From: an uncultured Candidatus Saccharibacteria bacterium
GTDB taxonomy: Bacteria > Patescibacteriota > Minisyncoccia > Phycocordibacterales > DATDWN01
Length of the DNA: 64,000 nt
Assembly: GCA_964586695.1 (NCBI GenBank)
Contig: CAZPGQ010000002.1
Coordinates: forward strand, 6,337-70,336
Direction: 5' to 3'
Of the stretch, positions 60,646 through 64,000 are shown piece by piece. The notes under the pieces were generated by a model. It saw only the letters and a program-made list of their open reading frames with translations, was not told the origin of the DNA and did not search any database. The translations under genes and the position numbers were made by a program. Numbering within the stretch: position 1 is the stretch's first letter; each line of letters opens with the position of its first letter.

Positions 60646-60659
60646 ATATTTATAATTGA

Positions 60660-61049
60660 TTACCAGATCTTAAATAAAGCCTCTCCTCCAAGGTGTGCCT
60701 CTCTAGCAGCCTTGTCTGTCATGATTCCTTTTGGAGTTGAAAGTATAAGTGCGCCATAACCATTTTTAACTTTCTTGATTTCTTTTGACTTACTGTAAAC
60801 TCGCTTTGAAGTTTTTGAAACTCTTTCTACGCCAGTTATCTTTGGACCATTAGCGTCGTATGAAAGACCAACTTCGATAAACTTTGCAACTTTCTTTCCT
60901 TTCTTTCCAAAAGATTTTATAAAACCTTCCTTCATAAGAACGTCTAGAATAGCAAGCTTTATTTTTGACTGCGGAAATACAACTGACTCTTTCTTTGAAT
61001 CAGAAGCGTTCTTTAGTCTCACTATCATGTCTGCGATTGGATCGTGCAT
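60660..61049 (-). CDS. rpsH: 30S ribosomal protein S8
   Basis: MHDPIADMIVRLKNA...KEGFIKSF. Confidence 0.85.
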   Translation of the reverse strand: MHDPIADMIVRLKNASDSKKESVVFPQSKIKLAILDVLMKEGFIKSFGKKGKKVAKFIEVGLSYDANGPKITGVERVSKTSKRVYSKSKEIKKVKNGYGALILSTPKGIMTDKAAREAHLGGEALFKIW

Positions 61050-61119
61050 TTTATTTGTTATTATATCTGGGTAGTTTCTTGCTCCTAGTGGAGGAAGACT
61101 TGCCTAGACTTCTTTTATC

Positions 61120-61305
61120 TTACCAAGAACTTTTCTTGATTCCTGGGATCTTACCTTCGTTAGCCAACTCTCTGAAGCAGATTCTGCAAAGACCAAAGTC
61201 TCGCATGAATCCTCTTCCACGACCACATCGAAAACATCGGTTAGTAGCTTTTGTACTAAATTTTGGTTTCTTTGCAGCTCGTGCTTTTACAGATGTTTTT
61301 GCCAT
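61120..61305 (-). CDS. rpsZ: 30S ribosomal protein S14 type Z (zinc-binding)
   Basis: 61 aa, [23 protein letters not shown]. Confidence 0.85.
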   Translation of the reverse strand: MAKTSVKARAAKKPKFSTKATNRCFRCGRGRGFMRDFGLCRICFRELANEGKIPGIKKSSW

Positions 61306-61343
61306 TGATTTTGTAAATAAAAAAGCTTTTTCAAGCTGGGGTT

Positions 61344-61409
61344 ATACTACCAATAAGGCAGAAAAAAGTCAACGAAAACGAACCAGCCGGCACCAAAGTG
61401 GTGCCGGCT
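61344..61409 (-). promoter_or_regulatory. Module A: terminator hairpin agccggcac-caaagt-ggtgccggct (61385-61409) followed by cgttttcgTTGACTttttt-17nt-TAGTAT promoter driving rpsN
   Basis: -35 TTGACT at 61367-61372 and -10 TAGTAT at 61344-61349 (minus strand). Small hairpin agctt-gaaa-aagct + T-run in the 5' UTR. Confidence 0.5.
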
Positions 61410-61483
61410 ATGATGGTCACTGACGACCATCGAGGAACTTGGAACGGGAAGCGACATACTTCTCCAGATCTTGAAGGGCTCTC

Positions 61484-61840
61484 TCAATATCTACCGGATC
61501 CCGATAGTGGCTGAGAACATCTGATATCAATTCGGGAATTTGTTCCATCGACAAATATCCGAATTGTCATAACGTATCCAGACACACTGTCAGAGGATTC
61601 TACAACGTAGTACCCATCAAGCACCCTCCACTCTTCCACCTTGAAGCGTGGTTCTGTGAGGAGCTTACGGTACTTACTTGAGAGCTTCTCCTCCCTCTTT
61701 TCCCTTAACCAGCGCCTGTACCCCTGACCGATTTTCTTTATACCCACCCAGTATCTCTTGGCGAGCACCGTCAGTGTACTTGTAGGGATTGCACATCCCA
61801 TACCAAGTGCAAATCCGAGCAGTATTCCACTCAAATCCAT
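61484..61840 (-). CDS. GC-rich foreign ORF 1 (118 aa): N-terminal TM helix + basic/beta-rich C-terminal domain. Function unknown.
   Basis: MDLSGILLGFALGMGCAIPTSTLTVLA... ; G-rich RBS ggggggg upstream; followed by module A. Confidence 0.5.
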   Translation of the reverse strand: MDLSGILLGFALGMGCAIPTSTLTVLAKRYWVGIKKIGQGYRRWLREKREEKLSSKYRKLLTEPRFKVEEWRVLDGYYVVESSDSVSGYVMTIRIFVDGTNSRIDIRCSQPLSGSGRY

Positions 61841-61879
61841 ATCCCGCCCCCCCTAAACAAGGGTATTCTGAATTATAAA

Positions 61880-61928
61880 AAAGTCAACGAAAACGAATCA
61901 GCCGGCACACCCATAGGGCATGCCGGCT
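61880..61928 (-). promoter_or_regulatory. Module B: hairpin agccggcac-acccatagggca-tgccggct plus gattcgttttcgTTGACTttttt, between foreign ORF2 and ORF1 (near-repeat of module A)
   Basis: Shared about 30-nt core ...agccggca...tgccggct(g)gttcgttttcgttgactttttt with module A. Confidence 0.5.
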
Positions 61929-61934
61929 TAGTAC

Positions 61935-62372
61935 TCAGAACCTTGAATCGAGAATTCGACCCAAGTAGATCGTTGTGAATGATATCACATCCTGAGCCGA
62001 CGCGTTTGCGTCGTATAACCGGATGCTCTTTCCCCAGCTAATGTTCCAGTGGATGTCACCCTTGGAACTTGATGACATATCCACCTCGATGTGGATAAGG
62101 GGGATCATATGTTCAGCCACCACAATATGGTGAGCGCCACCCTCTTCAGCACGAACCTGCACCACAAACTGACTACCGAAGTAGCCAGAGATCGCATTTG
62201 CGATCCTATTGGTGATGTTGTCTTGTGTCGACCGGAGCTTGTGGCTCCGTCGCTCTTTGCGGTACCTGACCAGCTTCTTCTGCTGACGGCTCTTGGCATC
62301 ATCGGCGCCAAGTTTCCAGCCAACGAAGAACACGAACAAATACGAAACGATGAGGTTCAGAAAGATGTACAT
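61935..62372 (-). CDS. GC-rich foreign ORF 2 (146 aa from MYIFLNLIVSYLFVFFVGW): N-terminal TM helix + Arg/Lys-rich and His-rich C-terminal domain. Function unknown.
   Basis: Track ORF begins at a TTG (62477) that is actually the -35 box. The ATG at 62372 is preceded by aaggata. Confidence 0.5.
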   Translation of the reverse strand: MYIFLNLIVSYLFVFFVGWKLGADDAKSRQQKKLVRYRKERRSHKLRSTQDNITNRIANAISGYFGSQFVVQVRAEEGGAHHIVVAEHMIPLIHIEVDMSSSSKGDIHWNISWGKSIRLYDANASAQDVISFTTIYLGRILDSRF

Positions 62373-62447
62373 CTTACTATCCTTGTAGGGAGTAAACGTC
62401 CCTTGACGTATTGAGGAATTTGGGTACCTCAATTTACCACTATGTAT

Positions 62448-62477
62448 ATTATACCACACTTTATATATAAAAGTCAA
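62448..62477 (-). promoter_or_regulatory. Consensus sigma70-type promoter TTGACT-18nt-TATAAT for the inserted cassette
   Basis: Minus strand cTTGACTtttatatataaagtgtggTATAATatacat, directly after the rplE terminator. Confidence 0.55.
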
Positions 62478-62495
62478 GCATATAAGAGTATTAGA

Positions 62496-62521
62496 AAAAC
62501 CGCTCGATTGAGCGGTTTTTC
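62496..62521. terminator. Rho-independent terminator after rplE
   Basis: aaaaaccgctcgattgagcggttttt. Confidence 0.65.
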
Positions 62522-62527
62522 TTAGTA

Positions 62528-63073
62528 TTATTTCTTTGTGTCTGCTTTCTTAAATGGGAATCCTAGGTGGTTTAGGAAAGCTCTAGTTTCCTTTGGATTC
62601 TTTATGTTTGTTACTACTGTAACCGCAAGTCCAAACACATCCTTTAGTTCTTCATCTGAACATTCTGGGAAGATAGTGTTTTCCTTTATTCCCATAGTGT
62701 AGTTACCCATCTCATCCATGTTTGTTCCCAAACCTCGGAAGTCCTTTGTTCGAGGAATAGCGATGTTAATGAGCTTGTCTAGGAAGTCATACATTCTCGC
62801 ACCCCTTAGAGTTATCTGCATACCAACGATATCACCCTGTCGTGTTTTAAATGAAGCGATAGAAATCTTTGCACCTTTCTTTACTGGCTTTTGGCCTGTG
62901 ATTTTTGAAAGTCTGTCTACGATAAGTTCTATTTTCTTTTTATCCTTTACAGATCCAACACCAGCAGAAACAACCAGCTTCTCTATTTTTGGAGCCTGCA
63001 TCTTGTTCTTGTATCCGAACTCACCCTTTAGAGCGTCGAATGCTGTTGTTACTTTTGATTTTGTTGATTCCAT
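62528..63073 (-). CDS. rplE: 50S ribosomal protein L5
   Basis: 181 aa, ...QAPKIEKLVVSAGVGS...GMQITLRGARMYDFLDKLINIAIPR. Confidence 0.85.
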   Translation of the reverse strand: MESTKSKVTTAFDALKGEFGYKNKMQAPKIEKLVVSAGVGSVKDKKKIELIVDRLSKITGQKPVKKGAKISIASFKTRQGDIVGMQITLRGARMYDFLDKLINIAIPRTKDFRGLGTNMDEMGNYTMGIKENTIFPECSDEELKDVFGLAVTVVTNIKNPKETRAFLNHLGFPFKKADTKK

Positions 63074-63094
63074 GTTGGTTTAAGTTACTTTATC

Positions 63095-63313
63095 TTATTT
63101 AGCCTTCTTTACGTTTGAAGCTTGTATTGGCATAGTCTTGTCTACTATTTGTCCTTTTTCTCCTGCTTTTCGAGGCTTCTGGTGAACCTTTAGAACGTTT
63201 ACTCCAGAAACAACTATTCTTCCCTCTTTTGGCATAGACTTAAGAACTGTACCAGTCTTTCCCTTGTCTTTTCCTGTTAGAACTATTACTTTGTCGTCTT
63301 TTTTTACGTGCAT
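63095..63313 (-). CDS. rplX: 50S ribosomal protein L24
   Basis: MHVKKDDKVIVLTGKDKGKTGTV (KOW motif). Confidence 0.85.
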   Translation of the reverse strand: MHVKKDDKVIVLTGKDKGKTGTVLKSMPKEGRIVVSGVNVLKVHQKPRKAGEKGQIVDKTMPIQASNVKKAK

Positions 63314-63323
63314 ATATTTAAAA

Positions 63324-63701
63324 TTAAACTACTTCAGGAGCTAGAGAAATAATCTTCTGGTATCCAACTTCACCGATCTCTCGAGGGATGGGTCCGAATA
63401 CACGTCCAGCAACTGGCTCTTTCTTCTTGTCATCCTTCATAACGATAACAACTGCGTTCTCATCGAATCGTAGGTATGTTCCATCCTTTCTTCGGAAAGG
63501 AGCCTTTTGTCGAACAACGATACCGTAAACAACATCCTTCTTCTTTGTTCCCTTTCGAGGCTCTGCCTTCTGAACTGAAAGTACAACCAATTCACCGATA
63601 CTAGCGTATCTTTTCTTTGAGCTTCCAAGCACCTTGAAAATTCTTCCGAGCTTTGCTCCAGTGTTGTCAGCTATTTTAACTATTGATCTTGGTTGTATCA
63701 T
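63324..63701 (-). CDS. rplN: 50S ribosomal protein L14
   Basis: MIQPRSIVKIADNTGAK... Confidence 0.9.
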   Translation of the reverse strand: MIQPRSIVKIADNTGAKLGRIFKVLGSSKKRYASIGELVVLSVQKAEPRKGTKKKDVVYGIVVRQKAPFRRKDGTYLRFDENAVVIVMKDDKKKEPVAGRVFGPIPREIGEVGYQKIISLAPEVV

Positions 63702-63716
63702 GGCTTTTAATGTTAT

Positions 63717-63977
63717 TTATATTACTCGGAATTTCTTGTCCTTTGAGATAGGAGCACACTCTTCGATAGTTACTTTGTCTCCAACTTTCTTTGTGTTTCC
63801 CTTGTCGTCTGCTTTGAATCTCTTGTCGATAGAGATGTATTTATCATACTTTGGGTGTTTTACAAAGCGAGAAACTTCAACAACGATAGTGTCTTTCATC
63901 TTGTCAGAAACAACTGTTCCAACTAGTTGTTTTCGTCCCTTCTTTACTTCTTCTGTTTTTTTAATAGTCTTTGTCAT
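63717..63977 (-). CDS. rpsQ: 30S ribosomal protein S17
   Basis: KQLVGTVVSDKMKDTIVVEVSRFVKHPKYDKYI. Confidence 0.85.
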   Translation of the reverse strand: MTKTIKKTEEVKKGRKQLVGTVVSDKMKDTIVVEVSRFVKHPKYDKYISIDKRFKADDKGNTKKVGDKVTIEECAPISKDKKFRVI

Positions 63978-64000
63978 GGTTTTTATTTAACTTCTGTAGG

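Noticed and set aside
60965-61423. Plus-strand 152-aa ORF spanning rpsH/rpsZ and module A
   Set aside because: Antisense to two ribosomal protein genes and a hairpin. No coding signal.

Overview
Low-GC (about one-third G+C by eye) bacterial chromosome segment whose gene content is typical of a Candidate Phyla Radiation / Patescibacteria-like organism: giant repeat-rich surface proteins, a complete type IV pilus/competence locus, small housekeeping genes, and tRNAs without encoded CCA. Nearly all genes are on the minus strand.

Main blocks:
- 1-9449: 5'-partial giant secreted Gly-rich GLUG-repeat protein (its ORF runs off the left edge, so the ORF track shows only antisense and alternate-frame artefacts).
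- 9.9-14.4 kb: accessory islet bounded by tRNA-Thr x2 and tRNA-Asp (Cys/His protein, L,D-transpeptidase fusion, NUDIX, LMW-PTP/ArsC-like, membrane proteins).
- 14.5-15.1 kb: divergent tRNA(CAU) pair with a duplicated tRNA 3' end and strongly structured GC-rich spacers.
- 15.1-16.1 kb: a membrane SH3b-HEPN-like protein.
- 16.1-19.8 kb: gatA-gatC-ligA.
- 19.8-33.1 kb: type IV pilus locus (4 pseudopilins, pilD, 3 tandem pilin paralogs, pilC, pilT, REC, pilB, pilMNO-like) plus divergent comF.
- 33.1-38.6 kb: 1858-aa beta-helix/Ig-repeat surface protein.
- 38.7-45.0 kb: tRNA-Ser pair, another tRNA 3'-end duplication, malic enzyme, PG-binding/FN3 protein, recG, and a tRNA-Ile(UAU) locus littered with tRNA halves in both orientations next to a GC-rich orphan segment.
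- 45.4-53.9 kb: ftsH, smpB with an adjacent tmRNA (ssrA, tag ANGFALAFA), infC-rpmI-rplT, hypothetical secreted proteins, and an RNase J-like MBL protein.
- 54.2-64.0 kb: ndk, map, adk and the spc ribosomal operon (secY, rplO, rpsE, rplR, rplF, rpsH, rpsZ, rplE, rplX, rplN, rpsQ).

Most notable: the conserved spc operon is interrupted twice by GC-rich (roughly half G+C by eye) foreign genes. One 326-aa ORF lies between secY and adk. A two-gene membrane-protein cassette lies between rplE and rpsN. Each carries its own hairpin + TTGAC(A/T) promoter/terminator modules, and one module supplies the promoter for rpsN. All tRNA/ncRNA coordinates were derived by hand and may be off by 1-2 nt.
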